Origin: Squalus acanthias
Taxonomy: Eukaryota
Assembly (NCBI GenBank): GCA_030390025.1
Contig: CM059431.1
Location: 107,944,001-108,008,000, forward strand
Reading direction: 5' to 3'
DNA: 64,000 nt
Positions within the stretch are counted from its first letter, which is position 1, and the number at the start of each line of letters is the position of its first letter. Below, piece by piece: positions 49,790-61,928 of this stretch. Under the pieces are notes generated by a model. That model searched no databases. It saw nothing but the letters and a program-made list of their open reading frames with translations, and had not been told where the DNA came from. The translations under genes and the position numbers were made by a program.

Positions 49790-50065
49790 ACGCATCCCCT
49801 ATATCTTCATCGCTCCACCATTGGTGACCGTGCCTTCAGCTGCCTAGGACCCAAGCTCTGGAATTCCCTCCCTAAACCTCTCCGCCTCTCTCTCCTCCTT
49901 TAAGATGCTTCTTAAAACCTACCTCTGTGACCAAGCTTTTGGTCACCGGTCCTAATATCTCCTTACTGACTCGGTGTCAAATTTTGTTTGATAATCGCTC
50001 CTGTGAAGCGCCTTGGGACATTTTACTATGATAAAGCCGCTATATCAATGCAAGTTGTTGTTGTT
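49790..50065 (+). mobile_element. L2-clade LINE 3' end
   Basis: GCCTTCAGCTGCCTAGG...CTCTGGAATTCCCTCCC...GCAAGTTGTTGTTGTT. Confidence 0.85.
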
Positions 50066-51189
50066 AGCAGATCGATTTCAATGTTCTGCACGTTGATATC
50101 CTTAATAATATGCCAGCCTTTGGAATTCCATAGTGTCAGAATATATAATGAACGGGTTGCACTGCTATTGTTGAAGAACCGAAAATACTCTCAATATCTC
50201 ATTCTAGTAATTAGTAACAATTAGTAACAAGGCTTTGTGAATATGCTAAGTTAACATCTCTGTGCAGTTGTTCAAAAGAACATACTGAACAAGCCAGCCC
50301 ATTAGAGAGCCTCCTCCTGAGTGATACAGGCTGGAGATATTTTGCTGTCTAATAAACAGAATGATAATTGGCTTCCCTTCCCTCTGAATGGTTCCTGCTC
50401 TGAGCAATACTTAGCTGTGCCAGAATAGCTTAAGTTCTTCATTGCTGCATTTGTACTGGTGGCCCTGTTTCCTTCATTATGTTGAACCAGCAACAAGACT
50501 GTCGTACATCAAAAAGAAAACTATTCAACACAAATTAGTCAGAATTTGTGCAAATGTTTATCTCTGGAAAAGTTTGAATCAGTCTATTTATACGCTGCTA
50601 TGTTAGCAAGAACTATGGTCCACGCATTTACAATGTACCAACATGCAAGGGATGAATGTGGATTAATCCCCCCTTTGGGATTAAAGGCTTTGATTTTTAG
50701 GTCCTTCAGATCCAAACAATGTATTTTAAAACTATGGTATGCAAATATTATGGTAATAATTCTTACTGACCCACCTGGGATTGTCATTAAAGTTAATTTT
50801 ATTTTGAAGACTTTACAATAACCTCTGTATGCTCTTGCACCTGAGCTCAAAATATTCTTTAAGATTTTAGGGGGAAATATTCGGTATCAACCATTTTGGG
50901 GCGCTAACTTTAGCGCCCAGCGACCGCAAAATTCAGTTTTAGCACCCCAAGAGGGAAGTGGAGCTAAATCAAGCACTACACACTCCTCTTAGGGCGCTAA
51001 CGTCGGGGAGTGGGGTGCTACCACAGAGCGCTACTCAAGTTCCGGCGCTGTCAATTACAAGTACTCAGACAGACTGGTGCCTTCCAGTTCTTAAAGGGGA
51101 GGTTCAATCATGCTGCACAGCCTCACTCTGATCGTTGCTGCTTGTGACCTGCGCCTGCAAGGAGCTGCAATCCATCAACCACAAATCTC

Positions 51190-53045
51190 ATGGCTGATCA
51201 GAGGCCCAGGGAGAGAGCTCGCCGGTTCAGCGACCAGGCATTGGAGGCTCTGGTCGTGGCCGTGGAATGCTGATGGGCAGCGCTCTTCCCGGACACTGGC
51301 AGGAGGCCATTGCCACAGGCCTTTAGGAGGATGTGGAGGGAGGTTGCCCAGGACATGTCGGCCAGAAGTGTGGTCCACAGGACTCCCACCCAGTGCCGCA
51401 AGAAGTTCAACGACCTCACTCGGGTGGTCAGGGTGAGTAGATGCTTCAAAAACCTCTACAAGCCACCATCTCAACTTCACTCTGTGCACAGACGGTATAA
51501 ACCGCCAAATCCCCAACACTCACCCACCTACTAAAAGTGACATCCACATCTCACGTGTTGCATACATTAACAGCTATTCAAATATGGTAAGCACATCTGC
51601 CAAACACATGGCTGCACACTCACTCACACGCTTTCCTTTTTCTTGCAGGCCAAGCTTTCACATAACAGGAGGGAGCAGCAACACACGGGAGGAGGTCAGG
51701 CGGAGCTGCACCCCTTACAGACCTGGAGGAGCGAGTGCGCAGCATCATTGCGGCCCAGGTCGTCGGCGCTGTGGCAGTTGGAGATGTCGACCCCCTTGGG
51801 GACAACAACGGTATGGTCATCACCTCTCCCTCTTCTCTCATACCACTTCCCCCTCACACCACAAGCCCTTCCCACTTTCCATCTAAGTATACTGTCTCCA
51901 TTCCTTGCTCCCCTCCCCTGACGTTAACCGCACTCTTGTACCTTTATGCTTTCAGACAATCAGCCACCAGCTGACCAGCCTGTCCCTCAGCCTCCCAGTG
52001 GCAGCGACGCGGGAGAGGAGGAGGAAGAACAAGCCAGAGCCTCACTGCCTGTGTCTCCCGAGGGCGAGAGGTCTGATAATGGGGCCACATGGTCACTAGA
52101 GGGGAGCCTAAGAAATGAGTCTGATGTGTGAAGCTCCGGGACCCAGCGGGCTGCAGCAACACCACAGAGAAAGGGAAGCTCGGGAGCCATCTCCCCGGAG
52201 GGTGAGTTCGTGCGTGAGTCTGCTGCACAGGACTCAGATGAGGACCTCAATGTGAAGGCCTTGACCACACAGGCGATGGGCATGCATACTGAGCTCATGG
52301 GTGCAATGGCAAGGGTGCCCGAGAGCATGATGCACCGGCTAGGAGCATGGAGGACTCCGCCTCCAGAATTGCACTCATCTCTGCGCAAACCATCGAGCCC
52401 ATCCTTGGCACTTTGCAAAGAATGGTTGCCTCGCAGTGAAACCATGGGGCCCCAGAACTCATGCCGCCTGTCATGGGTGAGGTGGCAGCAACTATTGCAG
52501 CACAGGCCGAAGCAACACAATGGCTTAGTGCTGTAATGGAGTCAATGGTTGGCATTCAATCTCAGACTGCTCTCATGCAGTCTCAGATTGATGCCACACA
52601 AGCGCTGACTGCTGCCATTGTCACTGGGTCGCCCACATTCAACCGGGGATCTCATGATGCCGCAGCAGGCCAGCAATCTGTGCTCGAGCAGATTGCTCCG
52701 GATGCTGAGGTTCTGCCCCGGTGGAGTGGCAGTGTGTCGGTCGAGCAAGAAGATGCTGTCCTCGCTCAGGATGACAGCATTCCTGCACCCACCACTGCCA
52801 CTCCGCCATTGTACTTGTCGCAGTCTGTAACCCAGCCAGCCCAGACTGCTGCCGCCCATGCTGAGGTGGTGCAGCCAGGCCTTCCAGGCCCAGAGCTGGC
52901 CAAGGGCATCCTGCAAGACCATCTGCAGTCTCTGGCTCCCAGACTCAGCAGCCTTCCACCAGCCTTGCTACAGCCACTGGGGCCACATTACGGAGGAGCA
53001 GTAGGGTTGGGAGGGGGTAATTCCAAAGTGGAGGGAAATCATTGA
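51190..53045 (+). pseudogene. Harbinger Myb/SANT-like partner gene, spliced, with a stop and frameshifts
   Basis: MADQRPRERARRFSDQALEALV...(TGA)...WREVAQDMSARSVVHRTPTQCRKKFNDLTRVVR then GTGAGT (51433). Acceptor TTGCAG then 51649 AKLSHNRREQQHTGGG. Low-complexity C-terminus runs to 53045. Confidence 0.85.
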
Positions 53046-53123
53046 GGAAGGGCGAGTAAATAATACATTATTAGCAAATGGGGGGAGAGTATGTAAATAA
53101 TTTGATGCGTCTATAAATATACT

Positions 53124-53882
53124 GGCCTGTATTTTCCAATCGCAGGCCTCTCGCGTGCGGAGGCCTGGGATCTGGAAAAATCTACGTCCTTACCCGAGGG
53201 ATCCCGGGACGCACACGCTTCCACTCCTGGGCCTCTCCAAACTCCAAGTGCGCAGGGCCCACGTATCCCAGAGGCGCATGTAGTTCGCAGCGTCCCTGGG
53301 ATCACGTGGGCCATGGGGAGCCAATCAAGGGAGGGAATCTCCCTTCATACACTTGACAAGAAGACCTGTCAAATATATGAATGGAGGTCCCCCCAAAAAC
53401 ATAGTAAAACTTTAAATACATTTTTAAAAAAACATCATATTTTTAAAATGACTTGAAATTACAATAAATGAAATATTTTAAACAAAAAGTTAAATTTTGA
53501 AAAAAATATTTAAAGTTTTTTACAGGGCTAAAAATAAAGTTACCTTTTTTAAAAGTATTTTTAAATGATAAATCAGTGGGAAAAAAAAGTTTTTACTTTT
53601 ACTTTTTCAACTCTTATCCTGGTAAAAGCAGGCCTTACCATCTTACCAGGCGTAAGAATTGTAAGTGTTTTCTGCGGGCGGAGGGTCTCCAAAAAGCGGA
53701 ACTATCCGCCCGCGGAGGCCCTTCTGCAGGGCAGTCGGAGGATCTGTCAAGACCATTCTTGACAGATCGGAAATGCCGATTTTCAGCGCTTGCGCTGCGC
53801 ATGCCTGAAACCGGCATTTCCGATGTCCCTATGGGTGGGTACACAGCGCGTACTCACCCGTAGGCATCGGAATATCTGGGCC
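53124..53882. mobile_element. MITE family B copy inserted between the two genes of the second Harbinger
   Basis: Reverse-complement homology to 3308-4055 and 34800-35456. Ends GGCCTGTATTTTCC / GGAATATCTGGGCC. Confidence 0.8.
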
Positions 53883-54119
53883 ATTGTTGAGTTTGGTAAC
53901 AAATAGTTCAGTTTGCTAAGAACCAGTTATGTTTGTTGATAAATTGTTGTATTTATTTATTATTGGTTGTGTTTCATAAGAGAAAGTTGTGCTCAATAAT
54001 ACATTTTTATTTCGACGTAGCACATTTTGTGATGTTTCTCATTTGACCTTTGCCCGGTGATAGGCACTGCGAGCTGGCTGTAAAGATGTGGTTGTTCTAC
54101 GCAAAGGCCATGTGCTATC

Positions 54120-55300
54120 TCATTTATTGGAAGCGCTGTCTAATGAGGCGATCATGAACGGCCCTTGCAGAAGCAAGATTGAGTGGCTCCCTCCTACCTT
54201 GCTGCTGCTCCTACACCTCCTCCTCCTCTCCCTCCTCCTGAGGTGGACCTGCAATCTCTGGTGGCAATGGCAATGGCTTGTTCCCCATGACCAGGGAGAA
54301 ACAGGATGAATGCTCATGTGGCTTTGCACACGATGATGAAAAGGGAGACTCGATCAGGGGAGTACTGCAGGGCTCCTCCAGAGCGGTCAAGGCAGCGGAA
54401 CCGTTGCTTTAGCACCCCGATAGTCTGTTCGATCAGGTTCCTGGTGGCAGTATGGCTGTCATTCTATGCATGCTGAGCAGGTGTGTTGGGGTTGTGGAGG
54501 GGTGTCATCAGCCAGGTGGTGAGTGGATAACCCTGGTCTCCGAGCAGCCAGCCATGAGCCTTATGTGGTGGGTGGAACAGTGCTGGACACCAGTCTGTTG
54601 CAGGATGAATGCATCGTGGTTGCTGCCAGGATAGCGGGCATTGACGGCAAGGATGAGCTGTCTGTGGTCGCACACCAACTGAACGTTCAGAGAGTGGTAG
54701 CCTTTGCGGTTACGGAGCACTTCTGCATTGTGATGAAGTGCTCGCAATGCCACGTGGGTGCAGTCAATGGCGCCCTGAACCATGGGGATGCCCGCTATCT
54801 TGCAAAGCCACATGAGCGTTCATCCTGTTTCTCCCTGGTCATGGGGAACAAGATGTACTCCCTTCTCCTTCTGTACAGAGCATCTGTCACCTCCCGGATG
54901 CAGCAATGGATGACGAACTGCAAAATGTTTGCAATATCCCCTGTTGAAGCCTGGAAGGAGCCGCTGGTGTAGAAATTGAGAGTGACTGTGACCTTCACTG
55001 CCACTGAGAGCGATGTCCTGGTCCTGATCTGAGGCTCGAGGTCTGGCTGCAGGAGGTGGCAGAGCTCCGTGACCACCGCCTTGCTGAAGTGGCGCCTTCT
55101 AAAGCACTGCTCCTCTGAGAGATGAATGTAGGAGAAGTGCTCCCGGAATACCCTGGGAGGGTAAAGTCTCCTGTTGAGAGCCCTGTTAGCCCTCCTCCCT
55201 CCGGCCACATTTCCCAATCTTTCTCTCTGCCTCTGCTGCCTCCGACAGTGAAGCTGGGAGGGCGAGGTCCCGTGCCAGTACAGCCCCCGTTAAGTAATCA
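54120..55300 (-). pseudogene. Harbinger DDE transposase pseudogene (frameshifted)
   Basis: Consecutive ORF pieces YPPRVFREHFSYIHLSEEQC...VAVKVTVTLNFYTSGSFQ, AGIPMVQGAIDCTHVAL...[15 protein letters not shown]...[11 protein letters not shown] and [18 protein letters not shown]. Confidence 0.9.
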
Positions 55301-56491
55301 AATGCAACACAATTAAAACTGATAAATTTTTCTCAAGAGCAAAACTCCTTCAAGTAGGAAAAGGTCAAATGGATCAAAACGCCCGTCTGCTTCTGTTAAA
55401 CTGACAAGGCAGCATTGTTTGCCGACTAAAACAAACCGGAAGTTCACACCTTTAAATAGCGCTCCTCCAGCTTTCAGCTGACTGCAAACCGCCTCCTCTA
55501 CCTGTCCTTCCTAACGGCAGGCGCTGAGGCAGGGGGCGAGAATGAATTTCCGGTCCGGGGCGCTACCGGGGCGATGCACCACCAGATGACGTCACGATCT
55601 CTGGCCGCAGACGGGCGTGGCAATAGTGGTTAGCGCCGCCGCAAACCGCCAGGTGAATCTCGCCGGTGGCGCTAACGTCGCCGCGCTCAGGCGGTAAGTC
55701 GTTAGCGCCCCCCGGAGGCGCTAAGGTACCCAAGAGTTTTATTCCTTCTTTTCTCGGCCAATTGAATATTGACACGAGCAGGAAACTGTTATTAAGTGCT
55801 ATGTAATTTAAAGCCCAATAGTTCCATTTTCACATCTACGTTATCGCCGTTAATTTGTTAGGGTTCACACCGTCATTCTTATACCTTAACCACTCTTGTA
55901 CTGGCTCTTTCATTGCACCCTGAACGCTGAATCACAGCCAGTTCTGTCTGAGTACTCAGATATAGTCGCAGAATCTCCTGACTAGGACTTATCAATGAAT
56001 GTGTGCGTGACTTCAGTTATGTGTTTTCCAACAGCAAGTTCCCTGCACTGCTAGAACAAAGGTCACTAATATAAAAGGTTCTTGCAACATGCAGAACACC
56101 AAGTGTCCCTAAGTGTTTCCTCCCTTCCACACGTGTTTGCATCACATTGTGAATCGATAGAGCGATAACATATCTAGCATGCTTTCCGAATAAGACTATT
56201 ATAATGATTTTCCATCACAGCAGCAATGCAATGATGCATGGAATTCAGACCAAATAAATAGCCCTGCTATTGACCTGGTTGGAATAGCAAGACCACACTA
56301 TTAGTTATGTGCAAATATTTAACTACAATCAAAATATTCTTTTCATTGAACATATTTAGTAAAGCCAGGGTACAGTGCTTTATTAAATCGCACATTTAAT
56401 ACATCTTCATTGTACTGTATCTTATAATGTTATAAGGCAAATGATAAAATAAGCCTGAACGGTAGCATAGTGGTTAGCTTACTGGACTAAT

Positions 56492-56788
56492 ACATAGATA
56501 CATAGAAGATAGGAGCAGGAGTAGGCCATCCGGCCCTTCGAGCCTGCTCCGCCATTTAATGAGATCATGGCTGATCCTCCAATTCAGTATCCCGTCCCCG
56601 CCTTCTCTCCGTAACCCTTAACCCCTTTTGCCTGTAGAAATATATCTAATTCCCTCTTAAATATATTTAATGAGCTGGCGTACACTGCCCTCTGTGGCAA
56701 TGAGTTCCAATGGTTCACCACCCTCTGAGTGAAGAAATTCCCCCTCATTTCTGTCCTAAATGGTTTAGCCCTTATCCTTAAATTATGC
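56492..56788 (-). mobile_element. CR1 3' fragment with a 10-bp TSD, inserted in a tRNA-like SINE head
   Basis: Direct repeat CTGGACTAAT at 56482-56491 and 56789-56798. The host begins GGTAGCATAGTGGTTAG. Confidence 0.8.
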
Positions 56789-56807
56789 CTGGACTAATGA
56801 TTCAGAG

Positions 56808-57020
56808 ATAAAAACTGAAAATGCTGGAAATACTCAGCAGGTCCGGCAGCATCTGTGGAGAGAGAAACAGAGTTAACGTTTCAGGTCGATGGACCCTTCG
56901 TCAGAACTGGAAAAAGCTGGAGATGGAACATCTCCTTTGGCCTTGCACCATCATCTCTTTTGTCTCTCAATCTCTCCTGCCTTCCATCCTATCACAGACC
57001 TTCCCTTTTGTTCTTTCCTC
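56808..57020. mobile_element. Penelope-like element family 2 remnant with an inverted end
   Basis: 56808-56920 is the reverse complement of 34395-34507, while 56930-57020 matches 34252-34350 in direct orientation. Confidence 0.72.
56871..56908 (-). ncRNA. Minimal type I hammerhead ribozyme, intact core (family 2)
   Basis: Minus strand reads AGTT-CTGACGA-A-GGGTC CATC GACCT-GAAA-CGTT-AACT, with palindromic stem III ACGU. Confidence 0.78.
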
Positions 57021-57504
57021 CGGTTTCCTGCCTGCCCCGTTCTTGAGCGACAAATTTCTAAAAAGGGTCCTCAACAGGCTTTAAGGCCCTCATTTACATA
57101 TTCAATGACCTATTGCCTGTTTCAGTAGTTGACCAATGACACTGCAGATTGGGCGCAGGCTGCCCCATTGTTAATTGATAGGCTTTTGCACCCGTTTTAC
57201 ACCAAAAAAACAGGCACAATACATACCAATATCTACCCCGGTCTCTGGCGTGGCAGATGTTAAAATTTGAACTCAAATAAAAAGTTCAATGTGTAAAGTG
57301 AAATTTAATTATTAAAAAAAAGGATTTAAAGAAAAGGGTGCAAGTACGAATGGAATACTAAGGTACAGATCATAATAACAAGGCAAGAGGTGTGATTCCA
57401 AAGGTGTACTTCAGCCAGTTCCTGGTCTAGATAGAATGACTTCTACAGCAAAATAATCATCCTTCATGCAACATGTGGAATGCACAGAAAACCAATGTGT
57501 TATA

Positions 57505-57880
57505 GGAGTTTGCACATTCTCCCCATGTCTGCGTGGGTTTCCTCCGGGTGCTCCGGTTTCCTCCCACAGTCCAAAAATGTGCGGGTTAGGTTGATTTGGC
57601 TATGATAAATTGACCCTTAGTGTTAGGGGGGGATTAAATATGTGGGGTTACGGGGATAGGATGGGATATGTTAGGGGGAATTAAATACGTGGGGTTACGG
57701 GGATAGGGTGGGATATGTGTCGGTGCAGGCTCGATGGGGATTCTGTGTGAGGGGGCAGGGACAGGGTGCTGGATTTGGATGATCAGCCATGATCGTATTG
57801 AATGGTGGAGCAGGCTCGACGGGCCGAATGGCCTACTCCTGCTCCTAGTTTCTATGTTTCTATGTTTCTATGTTTTCTAT
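57505..57880 (+). mobile_element. HE1-like V-SINE, 5'-truncated
   Basis: V-domain GGAGTTTGCACATTCTCCCC...GGGTTTCCTCCGGGTGCTCCGGTTTCCTCCCACAGTCCAAA and a CR1/HER1-type tail ending (TTTCTATG)n. Confidence 0.85.
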
Positions 57881-58079
57881 AATGACATCTGACAGGCAGG
57901 AAATACTTGTGCATATTGGAGGCACCAAGATTGTCAGAAGCACACTTTCTACTGGCTGATGGTTGTTATTGTTTCTTCAATCGTTCACAATCCATTACAT
58001 GCACCATTTCAGGTGAAGGGGTCTACATGCTATTCAGTACTTTCCAGAAGGTTCCGGGAAAATAAGAGTGTAAAAAGCA

Positions 58080-58345
58080 TGATCTGGGCACCACACCGCA
58101 GGAAGGATATATTGGCCTTGGAGTGGGTGCAGCACAGAGTCACCAGGATGATACTGGGGCCTAAAAGGGTTAAACTATGAGGACAGGTTGCACACACTAG
58201 GCTTGTATTCCTTTTGTTCGGCAAGGGTATTAAGGGTTACGGAACCAAGGTGGGTAAATGGAGTAAAGATACAGATCAGCCACGATCTAATTGAATAGCC
58301 AAATAAGCTCAAGGGGCTGAGTGACTTCCTCCTGTTCTTATGTTC
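58080..58345 (+). mobile_element. Internally deleted CR1 3' fragment
   Basis: WAPHRRKDILALEWVQ, then a CR1 3' UTR. Confidence 0.72.
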
Positions 58346-58949
58346 CTGACTGGTGTTATGCTATACATAGGCTATGTACAGACTGAGCTTTTAAAACAAC
58401 TGGAGTGTCGTGTAACCGGTTCAATTTTGTTAATATTTGCTTACATGGGGATCCAAACTGGGTCTTCGCAGGGCCAAAGCTGACAGCAAAGTCATATTGA
58501 CACAGTTGGGCAACAAGAGTTAAATACTTAAGGCCACCAGGTTATACAAAAATATCCTACACCAGGAAGCAAAAGCTATCGATCATCATGGAATCCAACT
58601 TTACTCCCCTCCCATCTGATCAGATACCAGGATCGGTACTAGACTACCATGATTGAATACGTACCCTACCATTAGACTGCTGCGAATCAGACAATTACCA
58701 TTAGACAGACTAGGCATCCAAATAAACAGCCACAATAGTTATAAAAGGACTGTAAAAATCTCACAAGAGTGTCAAGCTTTAGATAGATTGGAACAGCGAC
58801 AAATGGAACACTTGTGCCATTATTTTGTACAGTGTTTTAAAATAGTCAGATTAAAATGGAAGCTGGCCCCTCTCGCCTGAAGATCTAAGTACATGATATT
58901 TTATTTTCAATATTTAATGTGGCTCCATTACAAATGAAGCAATAAAGAA

Positions 58950-61928
58950 ACAATTACAGCTGTGCGGAGGGATGAGATGTTAGAAGGATCATCAAATGAG
59001 GCCACATGGATTGAATTGAAGAACAAAAAGGGGCAATCACACTGCTGGGTGTGTACTACAGACCCCCAAATAGTCAAAGGGAGATAGAAGAGCAAACATT
59101 TCTGAGAAGTGCAAAAGCAATAGGGCAGTAATAGTAGGGGATTTCAACTACCCTAATATTAACTGGGATAGAATCAGTGTAAAAGGTATAGAGGGTGCAG
59201 AATTCTTAAAATGCATTCAGGAGAACTTTTTTTTAGCCAGTACGTAGTGAGCCCAACAAGAGAGGGGGCAGTTCTGGACTTAGTTATAGGGAAAGAAGCA
59301 GGGCAGGTAGAAGGGGCGTCAGTGGGAGAGCATTTTGGTGTTAGTGATCATAATTCAGTTAGATTTAGCGTAGTTATGGAAAAGGACAAAGATAGATCAG
59401 GAGTAAAAGTTCTCGATTGGGGAAAGGTCAATTTTACTAAGCCGAGATGTGATTTAGCAAAAGTGGACTGGAAACAGCTACTTGAAGGTAAATCAGTGTC
59501 AGAGCAGTGGGAGGCATTCAAGGAGGAGATAGTGAGGGTTCAGAGCAAATATGTTTCCACAAAGAAAAAGGGTGGGACTCCCAAATCCAGAGCCCCCTAG
59601 ATGTCAAGGGGCATACAGGGTAGGATAAGACAAAAAAGGGAAGTTTATGTTCGATACCAAGAGCTGAGTACTGCAGAATGCCTAGGAGTATAGAAAGCGT
59701 AGGGGTGAAATTAAAAAGGAAATTAGGAAAGCAAAGAGAGGGCATGAACAAATATTGGCAAGTAAAACCCAAAGATGTTTTATAAATACATAAAGAGCAA
59801 GTGGATAACTAAAGAAAGAGTAGGGCCTACTAGAGACCAAAAAGGAAGCGTGTGCGTGGAGGTGGAAGACGTGGGTATGGTACTTAATGAATACTTTGCG
59901 TCTGTCTTCACAAAAGTGAGGGACGATGCAGACATTGTAGTTAAGGAGGAGGAGTGTGAAATATTAGATGAGATAAACATAGTGAGAGAGGAAATATTAA
60001 GGGGTTTAGCATCTTTGAAGGTAGATAAATCGCCAGGCCCAGATGATATGTATCCCAGGCTGCTAAGGGAAGCAAGGGAGGAAATAGCGAAGGCTCTGAC
60101 CATCATTTCTCAATCCTTTCTGGCTACAGGTGTAGTGCCGGAGGACTGCTAACATTGTACCATTATTTAAAAAGGGAGAAAGGGATAGACCGAGTAATTA
60201 CAGGCCAGTCAACCTAACCTTGGTGGTGGGCAAATTATTGGAAATAATTCTGAGGGACAGTATTAATCGTCGTGTAGAAAGGCACGGATTAATCAAGCAG
60301 TCAGTATGGATTTGTTAAGTGAAGGTTGTGTCTGACTAGTTTGATTGACTTTTTTGAGGAGGTAATGAGGAGGGTCAATGAGGGTAGTGCATTCGATGTA
60401 GTCTACATGGATTTTAGCAAGGCTTTTGACAAGGTCCCACATGGCAGAATGGTCAGAAAAGTAAAAGTCCATGGGATCCAAGGTAAAGTGGCAAGTTGGA
60501 TCCAAAATTGGCTCAGTGGCAGGAAGCATAGATTAATGGTTGATGGATGTTTTTGTGATTGGAAAGCTGTTCCAGTGGGGTTCCGCAGGGTTCAGTACTG
60601 GGTCAGGAGTGAGCTTTTGGCACAGTGGTAACATTCCCGCCTCTGGGACAGAAGGTGCAGGGTTCGAACCCCACTCCAGACAGTCCCGGTGAGTGGAGTC
60701 GGAGCTCCCGTCTTGAATTCTGGGTTGACATCCAATAGGATACTCGCGTCCAGTGGGTGTGGGCGGCCCCCCTCATCGTACGAGCTGTGGGAGCCAATAA
60801 AACCCTCCCGCCGTATAGGACTAACCACTCTATTGGCTGGTATAAAGATGGTTATGGTAATGGAAGGAGCATTAACGCAGCCAGTCAGACTGTTAGTCAG
60901 CCTACAAATCCTTCCACCCCTTCACACTGTTCCCCAAGAAGGGAAAAGCAAGAAGACAGAAGAAGAGTACTAGGTCCCTTGCTTTTTGTGGTATACATCA
61001 ATGATTTAGACTTCAATGTAGGGGGCATGATTAGGGAGTTTGCAGATGATACAAAAATTGGCCATGTGGTTGATAGTGAGGAAGATAGATGTAGACTGCA
61101 GGAAAATATCAATGGACTGGTTAGGTGGGCAGAAAAATGGCAAATGGAATTCAATCCGGAGAAGTGTGAAGTAATGCATTTGGGGAGGGCTAACAAGGCA
61201 AAGGTACCATATTGAGAATTGTAGAGGAACAGAGGGACCTTGGATTGCATGTCCACAGATCCCTGAAGGTAGCGGGACAGGTAGATCAGCTGGTTAAGAA
61301 GGCATACAGGATACTTTCCTTTATTAGCCGAGGCATAGAACATAAGAGCTTGAACTGCATAAAACACTAGTTAGGCCACAGCTAGAGTACTGCATTCAGT
61401 TCTGGTCACCACATTACAGGAAAGATGCGATTGCCCTAGAGAGGATACAGAGGAGATTTACAAGGATGTTGCCAGGGCTTGAGAATTTTAGCTATGAGGA
61501 AAGATTGGATAGGCTGGGGTTGCTTTCTTTAGAACAGAGGAGGCTGAGGGGAGACTTGATTGAGGTGTATAAAATTATGAGGGGCCTAGATAGATTGGAT
61601 AGGAAGGACCTATTTCCCCGAGCAGAGAGGTCAATAACCAAGGGGCATAGATTTAAAGTAATTGGTAGAAGGGTTAGAGGGGAGTTGAGGAGAACTTTTT
61701 TCACCCAGAGGGAGATGGGGGTCTGGACCTCACTGCCTGAAAGGGTGGTAGAGGCAGAAACCCTCATCACATTTAAAAAGTACTTGGAAATGCACTTGAG
61801 GTGCCGTAACCTACAGGGCTACGGACCAAGAGCTGGAAAGTGGGATTAAGCTGGATAGCTCTTTTTCGGCCAGCACAGACACGATGGGCCTCCTTCTGTA
61901 CCGTAAATTTCTATGATTCTATGATTCT
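58950..61928 (+). mobile_element. CR1 LINE, ~3 kb degenerate ORF2 (endonuclease C-part plus RT) to the 3' tail
   Basis: GDFNYP-coding GGGGATTTCAACTACCC, PTREGAVLDL, SDHNSV, KSPGPD, DFSKAFDKVPH, FADD and a (TTCTATGA)n tail. Confidence 0.95.
60605..60965 (+). mobile_element. Unclassified tRNA-headed SINE with AGAAG tail (361 bp)
   Basis: A box TGGCACAGTGG (60618), B box GGTTCGAACCC (60661) and 11-bp TSD AGTACTGGGTC / AGTACTAGGTC, which interrupts the CR1 GSVLGP codons. Confidence 0.85.

Larger units (their letters stand above)
50870..55730. mobile_element. Second PIF/Harbinger transposon (degenerate two-gene element; right TIR not clearly preserved)
   Basis: Left end TTA|GGGGGAAATATT, subtermini shared with MITE family A, and convergent Myb/SANT (+) and transposase (-) pseudogenes. 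Confidence 0.85.

Noticed and set aside
60605..60680. tRNA gene (also 19935-20010 and 56455-56490)
   Set aside because: A/B boxes are present, but there is no complete cloverleaf and the sequence continues into SINE bodies.
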